From an uncultured delta proteobacterium (GTDB lineage: Bacteria; Desulfobacterota; BSN033; UBA1163), in the NCBI GenBank assembly GCA_963708295.1, contig CAVPSJ010000015.1:64001-128000 (forward strand): a stretch of 64,000 nucleotides of DNA. The letters are read 5' to 3'. The notes under the pieces were generated by a model. That model did no database searches. It worked only from the letters and a program-made list of their open reading frames with translations, and was not told the origin of the DNA. The position numbers and the translations under genes are program-made. This document shows, in pieces, positions 1-9,863 of this stretch. Each line of letters opens with the position of its first letter. Within the stretch, counting starts at the first letter, position 1.

Positions 1-90
1 TTCTTTGCCGTTATCTGAATCACCCGTTCATTTTCGGCTGCGACCAAGTAACCACTCATAGAAATCAGGGTGAAAGCTGCCAAAGCTCCA
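1..90 (-). CDS. Partial cupredoxin/COX2-like secreted protein, runs off window start; start codon unclear
   Basis: Manual translation GALAAFTLISMSGYLVAAENERVIQITAKK resembles a signal peptide followed by the typical cupredoxin start VIxITAKK(F). Confidence 0.3.
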
Positions 91-383
91 TTGGGAGAGT
101 TCTTGAGAACACTTCAATTGATTCTATCTTGTTGATTTAGGTTTGAAACGGTGTAAGAAGGGAGATATTCAGGAATTACGCTTTCAGAAGGTACTCCTCG
201 GAAAGAGGGGTTATGTATTACGAAAGGAAACCAGGAGGTCCGATTGAACAGTTCAAAATCATACCAAACACTTTCAACGGTTTGAAAACAGAAGATCTAT
301 AACAGCTATTGAAATCCCTTTGGGGGAACCATCTGTTTTCTTTCGAATGATCGGTTACGGCGATCGGTAGTTGGGACAATTAC

Positions 384-2378
384 TCAAGCGGGAGTTGATA
401 TGTCCGTCCGTAACGTAGCCACGGCAGATTCCACCAGCTTGAGTTTGGGTTCCTGATCGATGGCCGCATAGATCTCACGCATCACGCGATCGTCGATGTC
501 CGCAGCGTTCTGCAGCCCGACCGGATAGCGTACCGTTACCTCAATCCCTGACGCCGTGATGTGCAAACGTGTCTTGGGCCTCAATTCAATCGCAGAGATT
601 GATTGGAGTGTCTGCTCCATGTGGCGCATCTGTCGTTCTATCTCTTCGCGGTCATCCTTTAGAGCCGCGTCCACTGCGGATGTGATCCGTTCCTGGATCA
701 TCCGGTAATTCCCCTCTGGCGAAAATGTAAGGCTGATCTCATGCCAGACGAAGCTTGTGCCCGGAATTTGCTTGAAGACGCTCGACGTGGGCTGGAACAC
801 AACCGAGTTCGAGAAGGCCACCACCCGGCCGCTGGGTTGCGCATCCGTTCCGCCACTCCCAAGTTCGAGCAGATGGAACCTAACGATTCCTATGTCGACC
901 ACTTCTCCAGTCACGCCGGCGATTTGCACCCGATCTCCGACTCGAATTCCGTATTTTCCGATCAGGAAGAAATAACCTGCCACGGAAAGGATCACGTTCT
1001 GCAACGCAACCGCCACTCCGGCCGTGAGGAGACCCGCGAAGGTAGCCACGGATCCAAGCTCGGTAGCGAGCGTGAAGGCGATGACTGCTCCGACCGCGAT
1101 CCAGATGACGATTTTGCGAAACAACAAAAATTGATATCGGCGGCGTGTTTCGTGTATGTAGCGGAAGATGGCTCTGCGCCAGGCCGCCCCCACAGCTAAA
1201 ATCGAGGCAATGATGATGACGAGCAAACCCAGCCGTATCAGAAAACTTCTCAACACATCACGGTACTCGTACCGCACCGCGTCCCGCCAGTTTGTGAGTG
1301 TCGTTTTATAAAGATTGAGCAGGATGGTTTGTTTACGGAGCGGCAACAGCCCGGATGAGGCCTGCTTAAACTGGGCCGTGAGAGCATCCATCTGCTTTTT
1401 CTGTTGCGCGAGAATAGCGGGGTCGTTGGAGGGGGGGCGGTCCGCAAGCTGATCTCCGCTCTGAATCAGACTTCTGAGGGTTGCCACCTGAGGGCCGCGC
1501 AATTGCTTTGCAGTTTGCACGAGATGATCGGTGGACTGAATCTGCTGACCCAGCGTATGTCCCTTGCGGGATAACCGGAGCAGGTCGGCTCCGAGCCCCC
1601 ATATCCCCGGGGCCTGTTGCCTGTTCAGGGAAGGTTGTATTCTTGCAGAGGTCTGGCCCGTTACGGGGCGCTCCGGCGAAGTCTCATCCGCGCCGCTCAG
1701 GGCAGCAGGTACCGAACGCGCCAACTCCTCGATCTGAGCCCGCAGGTCGGCGCCTCCCCTGCCGGTCCCGGCAGTAAACTGGAGGATGTCGCGAAGGGCT
1801 TCGCGACGAGCCTGGCGAAAGACCAGCTCGCTCTGCGTCTCTCCGATCAGAGACTCAAGGGCCGGGCGTTTTCTCTCGGGAGTGGTCGCCATCCTTTGTC
1901 GAAGTGACTGGAGTTCGTTCTGCGACTGTTCAACTTGCTGATCCGCCTTGGCGACCGCCTGGATCAAGCGTTGATGTTGGGAAGGCACGTTCGCCTGTTC
2001 TTGCGCCCGGCCGCCTTTAGGCTGCGACGATTCGTTCTTTTCTACGAGGCGCGCGAAGTCGAACGCAAGCTGCACGATCTCGCTGGAAGTCCGGCGGTTT
2101 TCATTCAGGAACGTGATGTCGCTCGGTTCATTTGCAATCTGCTGTTCGACGGCTGTTCCTCGGTACCAACTGATTGTTTCCGTCAAATACTCAATGATGC
2201 CGGGAACCTTGGAAGTACTTTCGGGGAGATTCTGCGAAGACGCCGGACTGCCACTCAGACATATCGCGAGAAAGGTTGCTAAAATTACGAGTCTTCGGTG
2301 AGAGGCTAGATCCATAGCAGAAATCGAACTCTCCATCTTGAAGATTCTTATGGGTACCTCCCGGAAGGTAAGAGGCAT
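384..2378 (-). CDS. mscS: Large MscS-family mechanosensitive ion channel with periplasmic coiled-coil N-terminus
   Basis: Signal peptide, long helical region, 3 TM helices, then AGLLTAGVAVALQNVILSVAG and IRVGDRVQIAGVTGEVVDIG (MscS signature); true start may be 14-21 codons downstream. Confidence 0.85.
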   Translation of the reverse strand: MPLTFREVPIRIFKMESSISAMDLASHRRLVILATFLAICLSGSPASSQNLPESTSKVPGIIEYLTETISWYRGTAVEQQIANEPSDITFLNENRRTSSEIVQLAFDFARLVEKNESSQPKGGRAQEQANVPSQHQRLIQAVAKADQQVEQSQNELQSLRQRMATTPERKRPALESLIGETQSELVFRQARREALRDILQFTAGTGRGGADLRAQIEELARSVPAALSGADETSPERPVTGQTSARIQPSLNRQQAPGIWGLGADLLRLSRKGHTLGQQIQSTDHLVQTAKQLRGPQVATLRSLIQSGDQLADRPPSNDPAILAQQKKQMDALTAQFKQASSGLLPLRKQTILLNLYKTTLTNWRDAVRYEYRDVLRSFLIRLGLLVIIIASILAVGAAWRRAIFRYIHETRRRYQFLLFRKIVIWIAVGAVIAFTLATELGSVATFAGLLTAGVAVALQNVILSVAGYFFLIGKYGIRVGDRVQIAGVTGEVVDIGIVRFHLLELGSGGTDAQPSGRVVAFSNSVVFQPTSSVFKQIPGTSFVWHEISLTFSPEGNYRMIQERITSAVDAALKDDREEIERQMRHMEQTLQSISAIELRPKTRLHITASGIEVTVRYPVGLQNAADIDDRVMREIYAAIDQEPKLKLVESAVATLRTDISTPA

Positions 2379-2419
2379 GACCCGGTGTCATTTTTTGGTT
2401 GGACCGGCGATGCAAGGAA

Positions 2420-2719
2420 CTAAAAGAGATCCTTCAAAGCGTGTGCGGCAGTATAAACGCATCCTGCCCCGCTAATGTATTGGGCTACCCTCAACGTCTC
2501 CATGATCTCTTCTCTTGTAGCTCCGGCCTTTATTGCCTGCTGAGTCAAAGATCTGGTCCCCTCAACGGTTCCATGCGATGCATCGAGGGCCATCGCCATG
2601 AGGAGCTTAACCTTCGTGGACAAAGCCCCATCGGCAAGGGCCAGCGTGTGGGTGGCTTCAACGTTCCTAAATAACTCCGGGTCGAGCTTCTCGATTATCT
2701 TTAAAGGGCTCTCAGCCAT
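2420..2719 (-). CDS. Carboxymuconolactone decarboxylase (CMD/AhpD-like) family protein
   Basis: GALSTKVKLLMAMALDA...AIKAGATREEIMETL motif; AAGGAGG RBS. Confidence 0.85.
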   Translation of the reverse strand: MAESPLKIIEKLDPELFRNVEATHTLALADGALSTKVKLLMAMALDASHGTVEGTRSLTQQAIKAGATREEIMETLRVAQYISGAGCVYTAAHALKDLF

Positions 2720-2869
2720 GAGGATAACCTCCTTTCAGAATGGTTTGAGTTTTGAGCTTCACACTTTTTTTGTTTCTTGGGTCAGCGCGGGCTGCAACGA
2801 ATGTAAGAAAGGATGGTTCATGGCCAAACTACCTTTTTAAGAGGTAGAGGGAGGTGGGGTTGCGGGCCC

Positions 2870-3046
2870 TCACTTTTTCGTGTTTCTTATGTTTGGCAAC
2901 CGGCCCATTTTTACTAACTGCCGGTTTTCCAGAATGACCTGGTCGACAATCTCTCCGCAGATAACACATTTCCATCCCCAGAAATGCTCATGGGGGCCGT
3001 AAAATTTATGATAAATCATGACACTATTACAGCGAAAACACTTCAT
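2870..3046 (-). CDS. Small 58-aa zinc-ribbon protein
   Basis: MKCFRCNSVM...WKCVICGEIVD has two CxxC pairs; GAGGGA RBS upstream of ATG 3046. Confidence 0.65.
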   Translation of the reverse strand: MKCFRCNSVMIYHKFYGPHEHFWGWKCVICGEIVDQVILENRQLVKMGRLPNIRNTKK

Positions 3047-3354
3047 GACGAAATTTTCCCTCGATGTGATGTATGGAGTGATTATAGATAGAAGTGATCC
3101 GGGGATTAAATAGGGTAAATGCTGTATTTTACAGTGAAAAAGATTGTATTTTTCTAAGACACAGGATGATGAGAATAAAGTTGGTAGGTTTTTCTGCACG
3201 GGAAAGACAGGCAGGCTGGTGAATCAATCGAATCGAAGAATGTCCTTGGAAAGGCCTTTGGATGACTACAAGGACGCGACCGGGATCAAAGCAGATGCGG
3301 GTGGGATAAGGGAGAGGAAGGACGTGTTCCCCCCCGGTCAATCAGAAGGTGGCA

Positions 3355-3954
3355 TCAATTTCTCTGAAGTCTGAACCAGACCTGCGCATCATAAGGCACC
3401 CGTCCCGGATACATTTCTCCTTGATAAAAGGGCACCTCACGAAAACCTCCGACGAGGACTTTCTCGACCGTCACACCAGTGACTCTGTATCCACTTTTCT
3501 TAAGAACCGTCTCGAGTTGTACCGTCAACTCGTTCCTGAATAAGAGTTGAGACGCATATTGATTGATGTCCACGGCTGCGGGTTTCCCTTTCTTCGAATC
3601 CCATCCACGATCACGGTAGGCGGTTATTGCCAGATATTGAGACAGCCACGGATAGTCGATCAGCCTGCCGATGGATAACGAGGAATAATTGCCTTCGAGC
3701 TTTGGCAATTCGGTCTTTAGAAAGGCCGCCCTGAGCGCCGACAACATTGCATCTCTGTCGATTTGGCAACCCTTGTATTCGGGGTGATGCGCACGCAATC
3801 GTAAGGTGTGTCCTTTATCATTTGATTCAACGGCAAGCGAGCATTCCCTCACGTTCAACGAAATGATCACATTTTCTTGAGACGCTGCTATTGTACCGTA
3901 TAGGGAAGAAACCAGAATCAAGCCGATGGCATAAGCCGACCCTCTGTTTGTCAT
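3355..3954 (-). CDS. Hypothetical secreted protein
   Basis: 199-aa ORF with N-terminal signal peptide and RBS (AGAAGG). Confidence 0.65.
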   Translation of the reverse strand: MTNRGSAYAIGLILVSSLYGTIAASQENVIISLNVRECSLAVESNDKGHTLRLRAHHPEYKGCQIDRDAMLSALRAAFLKTELPKLEGNYSSLSIGRLIDYPWLSQYLAITAYRDRGWDSKKGKPAAVDINQYASQLLFRNELTVQLETVLKKSGYRVTGVTVEKVLVGGFREVPFYQGEMYPGRVPYDAQVWFRLQRN

Positions 3955-4031
3955 CCTTCTGGCACAGACACTCTATTTTTTTCCCGACTCTGTCTTTATT
4001 CTATTTTGTCTTTACGGTACCGGCTGACGTT

Positions 4032-5489
4032 TTATGCTGCGGATACCTTGTCTGGTGTGACGGGCAGATCAATGGTGAATGATGCCCCTCCGCTCGGATT
4101 GTTTGCAGCGCGAATGCTTCCCCCGTGCTGTTCGACGAGGCGTCTCGTAATGGAGAGCCCCAATCCCGTCCCTTTCGACTTCGTCGTAAAAAAAGGCTGG
4201 AAGATTTTGTCGGTGATGTTCTGGTCGATTCCGCTGCCGGTGTCCCTGATCGCTACCTGCAGAAACATCGAGGCTTCTTCATGGGAGGTCTCAACCGTGA
4301 GCGTGCCGCCGTTCGGCATCGCGTCGGCTGCGTTCAGAAGAAGATTCATGAAGACCTGCTGCAACTGGATAGGATCGGCCAAGGTTTTCGGGAGATGGGG
4401 ATCGAAGTTTCTCACGATCGACAGGCCCCTTGGTTTCTTCGATAGAAACAGCGGATGCTTTTCCGCCAGAGAAATCGTTTTCTCGAAAACCTCATTGACG
4501 TCGATCAGCAGGAAATTCGGTTTGGGCGGCTGCGCGAAATTGAGGAGGCTCCTGAGGAGGGATTCGATCCGCTCGGTCTGCCCGACCATTTTCAGCAGGA
4601 CATCCCTGTGTTCCTCGGAGATCGCCGGATTGGTTGAAAGAACCTGGGCTGCCCCCTTGATCCCGCCGATGGGATTCATCATTTCATGAGCCAGTCCGCC
4701 CGACAGTTCTCCGAGCACGACGATCTGTTCTGCCCACTGCATCCTGAGATAGTGCTCCTTGAGGGAAGACGCCATCTCATTGAACGCCGCCGCCACTTCT
4801 CCATACTCGTCCTTCAATCCTTCGATCCGGTAGTTCAACTCGCCGGCCTTCAGCTGTTGCGTTGCGGTAACGAGGACATCGACCGGTCTTGTAAAGCCCC
4901 TGAAAAAAAGGGCAGCCAGGGAGAGCACCGCGAGGGGTACCACCACGAGGATCAGGTAGAGAAGGTTTTTTGTATGGGTGATGTCCTTAAGGGCAGCCTG
5001 TGTCCGCTCATTGAGTTTCCGGTTTGTCATCGTGGTGAGGCTATCCGCTTCCGAGATCAGCTCCATGCCCAATCGATAGGCGATGTCCTCTTCCGCTTCC
5101 AGCCTGCTCTTGTTTGCCCGAAGGGTAAACACTCTGCCCAAAGCACCCTTATACTGTTCGACCTGATTTTTCAGGTCATTGAGTCTCATCACAACACTTT
5201 CGGAATGGTGACAGCTAAAACAGTTGTTCAGCGCGGTATTCATGGTCTGAACGTGAGACACGATCGTATCAATACTCTGCGCGTGGCGGGTGTTTTTGAG
5301 GTAGAGATCGGATTGCGCCCTCTTGAGTTCTATCAGGAGGTGTTCGCGAAGGATCTCGATCCGGTGGAGCCTGAGAAGATTATCGACTTCGCTTGCGGCT
5401 TGCTCGATCGTCACGGCAATATAGATCCCGCCCAGAAGAAAAAGCAGGGAGAAGGCGCTCAAGGCGATGATGATCTTTCGTTTCATCAC
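4032..5489 (-). CDS. Sensor histidine kinase (2 TM, HAMP, HisKA, HATPase) with periplasmic CxxCH heme-c motif
   Basis: H-box LAHEMMNP, N-box QVFMNLLLNAADAM, DTGSG, FFTTKSKGTGLGL; periplasmic CFSCH; GTGA overlap with upstream gene. Confidence 0.9.
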   Translation of the reverse strand: MMKRKIIIALSAFSLLFLLGGIYIAVTIEQAASEVDNLLRLHRIEILREHLLIELKRAQSDLYLKNTRHAQSIDTIVSHVQTMNTALNNCFSCHHSESVVMRLNDLKNQVEQYKGALGRVFTLRANKSRLEAEEDIAYRLGMELISEADSLTTMTNRKLNERTQAALKDITHTKNLLYLILVVVPLAVLSLAALFFRGFTRPVDVLVTATQQLKAGELNYRIEGLKDEYGEVAAAFNEMASSLKEHYLRMQWAEQIVVLGELSGGLAHEMMNPIGGIKGAAQVLSTNPAISEEHRDVLLKMVGQTERIESLLRSLLNFAQPPKPNFLLIDVNEVFEKTISLAEKHPLFLSKKPRGLSIVRNFDPHLPKTLADPIQLQQVFMNLLLNAADAMPNGGTLTVETSHEEASMFLQVAIRDTGSGIDQNITDKIFQPFFTTKSKGTGLGLSITRRLVEQHGGSIRAANNPSGGASFTIDLPVTPDKVSAA

Positions 5490-6409
5490 TCGTTCGCGTA
5501 ATCGTAGGTGGCGAGGTTCAACCCTATCTCGCGTGCGTAGAGGTACACCGGCTGGTAATCCGCATCATTCGTTTCGATAAACTTTCGGACGCCGAAAGCC
5601 GCTAAGATCCCGGCTCCCTCCGGGTCTTCGTGCATCGTGAGGAGCGCTTCCCTCAGTTTCTTCTTCAGAGACCCGTCGAGACCTTTTCTCACGGCCAGTC
5701 CGTTCTCGGGCACTTCAGGAGAGCGTTCCAGAATCACCAGTTCCTTATTCACCCTGTCATCAGATGCGGCCAGTCTTTCATAGATGGTGTTTTTTGCCGC
5801 TCCGATTTCGGCTTTTCTGTTGAGAACATCCAGGATGGCATCCTCGTGCGTACCTGCAAAATAGCTCTCCTTCAAAAAGGTCCTGTAATCTTTCCCGTGT
5901 TTCTTAAAATAGGCGAGGGGGAGGAGATATCCTGCCGTCGTCCCATTGTCGACAAAGGCGAACCGTTTCCCCTTCATCTGGTCTACGGATTTGATGCGGC
6001 TGTCTTTTCTGACGAAGATGAGGCCGTGATACATCGAGCTACCCTTCAGGTCCACCGGCCTCGCGAGCATTTCGGCGCCAACCCTCGAATGGGCCAGCGC
6101 GTAAGTAAAACTTCCGAAGAAAGCGCCATCCATCCCAGTGGAAGTGAAGCTGTCAATAATCTTCCCGTACCGGGGAAGAACCGTCAGGCGGATCGTCGTG
6201 CCAGTCTTTCTTGAAAGGTAATTGGCAAGCGGTTCGTAGCGTTCTATCTGTTTGAAAATATTCTGTTCCGGGATGAGGCCGATCCGGAAAATTTTTTCGT
6301 GCTCCGGCTCAGCCGCGGTTTTTTTCGAGGATGCCGGTTCGGTCCGCTCACAACCTGGGGCGAGCAAAAGGATCAGCAGAAAGCAGAATGGAACGACGAG
6401 CCTGTTCAT
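5486..6409 (-). CDS. PhnD-like phosphate/phosphonate-binding lipoprotein
   Basis: Lipobox LAPGC; RIGLIPEQ, YHGLIFVRKDS, FAFVDNGTTAGYLLP, FAGTHED; start set at ATG 6409 behind GAGGGG. Confidence 0.85.
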   Translation of the reverse strand: MNRLVVPFCFLLILLLAPGCERTEPASSKKTAAEPEHEKIFRIGLIPEQNIFKQIERYEPLANYLSRKTGTTIRLTVLPRYGKIIDSFTSTGMDGAFFGSFTYALAHSRVGAEMLARPVDLKGSSMYHGLIFVRKDSRIKSVDQMKGKRFAFVDNGTTAGYLLPLAYFKKHGKDYRTFLKESYFAGTHEDAILDVLNRKAEIGAAKNTIYERLAASDDRVNKELVILERSPEVPENGLAVRKGLDGSLKKKLREALLTMHEDPEGAGILAAFGVRKFIETNDADYQPVYLYAREIGLNLATYDYANE

Positions 6410-6736
6410 AAATCCCCTCGACATATTAATAGAAAAAGGATGCTCTGTAAATGACAATTCTGCAACCGCAGGATAAGAACGGAGGTTTCAGGCTAAATAA
6501 GGTATTCACTGATCGATAGGCCCCTCGTTGAAAAAGGGGAGATTGCTTCAGTTTTCCCGCAACGACAGTTTCTAGATCGTCGCCGAAGTCTCGGGCCGAA
6601 GGCAATCTAGGCCTTCAGGTCGGGGAGTCGAGGGGGTTGACTTTCAGGGAGAGGGTAACAATATTTTTATAGAGAAGCGTTTTTTACCTCCAAGATGGGA
6701 GTTGGCTTTCAAGTTGAAATAAGGGAGATGATTTCG

Positions 6737-7558
6737 ATGAAATACTCATTTTCATGTCCGGCAACGTGTAATTACGAAATAACGGTTGATGCAAACAATG
6801 ATGACGAGGCATTGGCTAAGATCGTCGCGGAAGGTGCGGTCCATGGCAGACAAGTTCATCCGGACGTGCTCTCAATGACCGAGGAGCAATTGAAAAGCGC
6901 GGTTCGGTCGGGCATCGTGAAGGCAGGGTCGAGTGTGAAGTCATTCATAGGAGGACTTCTTGCTTTTTGGTTCGTCCTCGTTTTCCTCCTCGGCATGGAG
7001 GGGATGTTCGCCCGGCCGCCGGAGTCGCCGCCGTTTCCAATCTTGTTTGGCTTTGCCATTCCCCTGATCGTGTTCGCTGTCGCCTATATGGGATCCGAGG
7101 CGTTCCGGGCGCTGGTTCTGGGTGCCGACCTCCGGTTTTTGACTGCGACCCAGGGTTGGAGAGCCGGTGGGCTGGGTTTTCTCGCTCTGTATGCGCAGGG
7201 TGTCCTGCCGGGCCTATTTGCCTGGCCCGCAGGGATGGGCGACATTGCGATCGGAGTCACCGCACCTTGGGTGGCGCTCGCCCTTGTCCGCCGGTCCACC
7301 TTTGCGGCCAGCCCTCAATTCGTAGCCTGGAACCTCTTCGGGATCCTGGATCTCATTGTTGCGGTCAGCACCGGGGTGCTTAGCTCGGGCTTCATCGCAG
7401 GACTCGCCGGAAACGTGACGACCGCCCCGATGGCGCAGATGCCGCTCGTGCTCATACCGGCGTTTTTCGTTCCGTTGTTCATCATGTTTCACGTCGCAGC
7501 GCTCCTTCAGGCACGGAGAAACTTGCTTCCTGAAGGAAGCCGGTGGGCTTCGCCATGA
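6737..7558 (+). CDS. DUF1059-like metal-binding domain fused to a multi-pass membrane protein
   Basis: N-terminal FSCPATC...HGRQVHP; C-terminal about 6 hydrophobic helices with AGMGDIAIG and WNLFGILD. Confidence 0.65.
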   Translation: MKYSFSCPATCNYEITVDANNDDEALAKIVAEGAVHGRQVHPDVLSMTEEQLKSAVRSGIVKAGSSVKSFIGGLLAFWFVLVFLLGMEGMFARPPESPPFPILFGFAIPLIVFAVAYMGSEAFRALVLGADLRFLTATQGWRAGGLGFLALYAQGVLPGLFAWPAGMGDIAIGVTAPWVALALVRRSTFAASPQFVAWNLFGILDLIVAVSTGVLSSGFIAGLAGNVTTAPMAQMPLVLIPAFFVPLFIMFHVAALLQARRNLLPEGSRWASP

Positions 7559-7854
7559 AATATTTTTTGCTCAAACTGTTTCCACCGAGACCCACTTTCG
7601 CCCGTGATATGACAGACAAGGAAGCGACGCTGATGCAGGAACATGTCGTCTACTGGACGGGTTTGATGGATAAGGGGCTCGTCATCGTTTTCGGTCCGGT
7701 CGCCGATCCTAAAGGAACCTATGGGGTCGCCATCCTGGAAGTTGAAGAAGAGGTGGATGTCAACGCGCTCGGGATGAACGACCCGACGATGAAAGCCAAC
7801 GTAGGCTTTCAGTTTGAAGTTTATCCAATGGGTCGAGCTATAATAAGAGAGTGA
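7555..7854 (+). CDS. YciI family protein
   Basis: LMQEHVVYW...FGPVADPKGTYGV...NDP; ATGA overlap with the previous gene. Confidence 0.8.
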   Translation: MKYFLLKLFPPRPTFARDMTDKEATLMQEHVVYWTGLMDKGLVIVFGPVADPKGTYGVAILEVEEEVDVNALGMNDPTMKANVGFQFEVYPMGRAIIRE

Positions 7855-7908
7855 GCCTGGCGGGAATTAGCTCGACGGATGTTCCTAGTTTGAGAAAGGA
7901 GGGAGACC

Positions 7909-8337
7909 ATGCCCGATATTTTGCACAGGGTCGGAATCAAATCCACACCCAAAAAGGTTTTCGAAGCGCTTTCGACGATTGATGGGCTTTCTCATTGGTG
8001 GATCGTGGACACGAAAGGGAAAGCTAAACAAGGGGGGATTATTCTCTTCGGGTTCGCCGACATGAGAGTCATGGAGTTAAAGCCTAATAAACGGGTGAAA
8101 TGGAAATGCGTGAGGGGACCGAAGGCGTGGGTGGGTACAGACCTGACCTTTGAATTAAGAGCCGAAAAGGATCAAACTATTGTCCTATTCACGCACGCCA
8201 ACTGGAAAAAGCCCGTCGAATTTATGTACCATTGCAGTACCAAGTGGGCGACATTTCTTTTAAGCTTGAAGGATTGGATAGAAAGGGACGAAGGTCGTCC
8301 CTCCCCTTACGATATCAAACTCCACGTTGGCGATTAG
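7909..8337 (+). CDS. SRPBCC/AHSA1-like domain protein
   Basis: VFEALSTIDGLSHWW, GPKAWVGT, FTHANW, CSTKWATFLLSLK; strong RBS. Confidence 0.85.
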   Translation: MPDILHRVGIKSTPKKVFEALSTIDGLSHWWIVDTKGKAKQGGIILFGFADMRVMELKPNKRVKWKCVRGPKAWVGTDLTFELRAEKDQTIVLFTHANWKKPVEFMYHCSTKWATFLLSLKDWIERDEGRPSPYDIKLHVGD

Positions 8338-8652
8338 CGGGTTGCTGAAAAATGGCTGGGGAGGGAGCGTATTACTCTGGTGCTCCTCTGAACAGGCTTG
8401 TCAAAAACAGGATTCCCAGTGCGGGGCCGGTGATAGGTTTATGAGGCTTGAGCAAAGATAAGAGGTTTTTCGTGCGTTTTTTTCGGCGGATGACGTTTTT
8501 TACCAGAAAACGAAAGCCAAAATCGCCCCGTAACCGGTTCCTCTCAATGACTTCCCGAGTGTCTCTTGTTCTTTCTTCTCAAATACCTCCAAAATGATCT
8601 TCGGTGCCCAATACGCCAAAATCTCTGAAATGCGATTGCCTCGCCTTTTTCA
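8338..8652. repeat. Degenerate miniature element with IS5/IS1182-like ends
   Basis: Starts GGGTTGCTGAAAAA, internal ACAGGCTTGTCAAAAA, ends TTTTTTCAG; similar ends at 26122 and 27153. Confidence 0.3.
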
Positions 8653-8701
8653 GAGTGAGTGACTCATTCTAAAGAGGAGGTTGTTTCCAGCGATCCTGTG
8701 A

Positions 8702-9863
8702 TCAGGCGATCATTTTGAAAGCTTGGTCAAAATCGGCGATCAAGTCGTCGATATGCTCGATTCCTACGGAGACCCGAATCAACGAATCGGTTAACCCGAC
8801 CTGTTCCCGGACCTCCTTAGGAACCGAAGCATGGGTCATCAGGGCAGGATGTTCGATGAGAGATTCCACACCTCCCAGGCTCTCAGCCAAAGCAAAAACT
8901 CTTAGACTTTCCAAGAACCGTTCGGCTTCGTCCAGTCCTCCTTTGATCTCGAACGAGAGCATGCCTCCGCATCCCGTGGCCTGGCGATTGGCTAACGTAT
9001 GCTGCGGGTGACTTTCCAATCCAGGGTAATTGACCTTTTTTACTTTGGGATGTTCCTCCAGATAGCTGGCAAGGCGCAGGGCGTTCCGCTCATGTTCCCT
9101 CATCCTTACAGAGAGCGTCTTTATCCCTCTCAAGACTAAAAAACTATCGAAAGGGGACAAGATGGCCCCCATCGCGTTTTGATTGAATTTTAGCTGTCGA
9201 TAGAGGTCTTCATCCGAAAGCATGACGGCCCCGCCCACGGAATCGCTGTGTCCATTCAGATATTTGGTGGAGCTATGAACCACCGCCGTTGCCCCCAGGC
9301 GGAGGGGTTTCTGAAAATAGGGGGAGAGAAAGGTATTGTCCACCACCACCCGGATATTTGCCTCCCGGGCAATTTCGGCAATGGCGGCAATGTCACAGAT
9401 TTTCATCAGGGGGTTGGTCGGTGATTCCAGCCAAATCAATCGGGTGCTGCTGCGGATTGCCTCTCTGATGCGCTGAGGATCCCGGGCATCCACATAAGTC
9501 ACTTCTACCTTGAAATGGAGGTCCAGGATCCGGTTGAACAGCCTCCGGGTTCCTCCGTAGAGATCATCAAAGGCCAGGACATGGTCGCCCGTGCGAAGAA
9601 GAGTGATGGCCAGGGTGCTCTCTGCCGCCATGCCGGAAGCGAAAGCCAGATCCGAAGGCAGCATCTTCAAGAACGGCTAATTTCTTTTCAAGGGCCTCCC
9701 GGGTGGGATTTCCGGTTCTGCTGTACTCATAGCCTCGCGTCGGTTCATTGATTTTTTTCCTTGCAAAGGTCGAAGAAAGGTGGATGGGAACAACCACATC
9801 TCCGGAACCCCTCTCCAGATCCGGTTCTTCTCCCACGTGAATCGCCTTGGTTTCAAATTCCAT
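8702..9863 (-). CDS. Cystathionine gamma-lyase/gamma-synthase (PLP), one frameshift near 9650-9670
   Basis: FETKAIH...YEYSRTGNPTR in one frame; FASGMAA, WLESPTNP, VVDNTF, HSSTKYLNGHSD, AESLGGVESL in the next. Confidence 0.85.

Noticed and set aside
9567-9670. Programmed frameshift in the cystathionine lyase gene
   Set aside because: No slippery site or stimulatory hairpin is evident, and similar indels affect many unrelated genes.
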